The notes beneath the pieces are model-generated. The model saw nothing but the letters and a program-made list of their open reading frames with translations, was not told where the DNA came from and made no database searches. DNA of 34,165 nucleotides from Octopus bimaculoides (lineage: Eukaryota), in contig NC_068982.1 of NCBI RefSeq assembly GCF_001194135.2, positions 57,927,978 through 57,962,142 on the forward strand, written 5' to 3'. This document shows positions 33,803-34,165 of this stretch, piece by piece. Within the stretch, counting starts at the first letter, position 1. Each line of letters begins with the position of its first letter. The position numbers were made by a program, and so were the translations under genes.

Positions 33803-34088
33803 ATGCCACACAAAAAACTCAGCAGAACTGTCAGCTTTTCAAAGAGGTCGTACTGTTGGGCAATCTGAGGCTGGTCTTAGCCAGCAAAAAATTGCTGAAA
33901 ATCTTCAAATTCTTCTTGCTACTGTTTGAAGAGAATTGTGGAAAACAAACCCCGTTTGAAGGCTTGACATTGCAGAAGAGCTGGAAGTTAGTGCAAGAAT
34001 GTGTGTTACATATCTGCGTAAGCTTGGGTATTATGGACAAGCAGCTAGAAGAAAACCTCTCCTTCAACCAATTAATATCAAATAAAAG
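33803..34088 (+). mobile_element. Tc1/mariner transposase N-terminal remnant (internally deleted, with stops and frameshifts)
   Basis: [30 protein letters not shown] (first HTH) and DIAEELEVSARMCVTYLRKLGYYGQAARRKPLL (second HTH plus RRKPLL motif). Confidence 0.88.
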
Positions 34089-34124
34089 ATCTTGAAAACT
34101 AAAGGTGTCTATTTACTTCCTGCA

Positions 34125-34165
<41 letters not shown>

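Overview
AT-rich, microsatellite-laden animal genomic DNA from a gapped draft assembly. The SINE, MITE and RTE repeat families look like an octopus (coleoid cephalopod) genome; this is inference from remembered repeat families. Almost all ORF-track entries are microsatellite or gap artefacts. Supportable content: (1) two frame-compatible coding exons of an unidentified minus-strand, coiled-coil-like protein (30533-30612, 25604-25692), so much of the window is probably intron; (2) many tRNA-derived SINEs, piggyBac-like and hAT MITEs, four RTE LINE fragments and a Tc1 remnant; (3) a Penelope-like element relic with a GIY-YIG endonuclease C-terminus and an inverted pseudo-LTR; (4) a 5.8S rRNA fragment fused to a young SINE inside one 16-bp TSD. 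The top candidate system is a retrozyme-like element at 6443-7007: a ~329-nt unit with 70-bp terminal redundancy, a 5-6-bp TSD and a type I hammerhead ribozyme with a canonical core. Several other variant or decayed hammerhead-like motifs occur in the window. No alignments, folding or database searches were run. Family names from memory need confirmation, and old-repeat boundaries are approximate.
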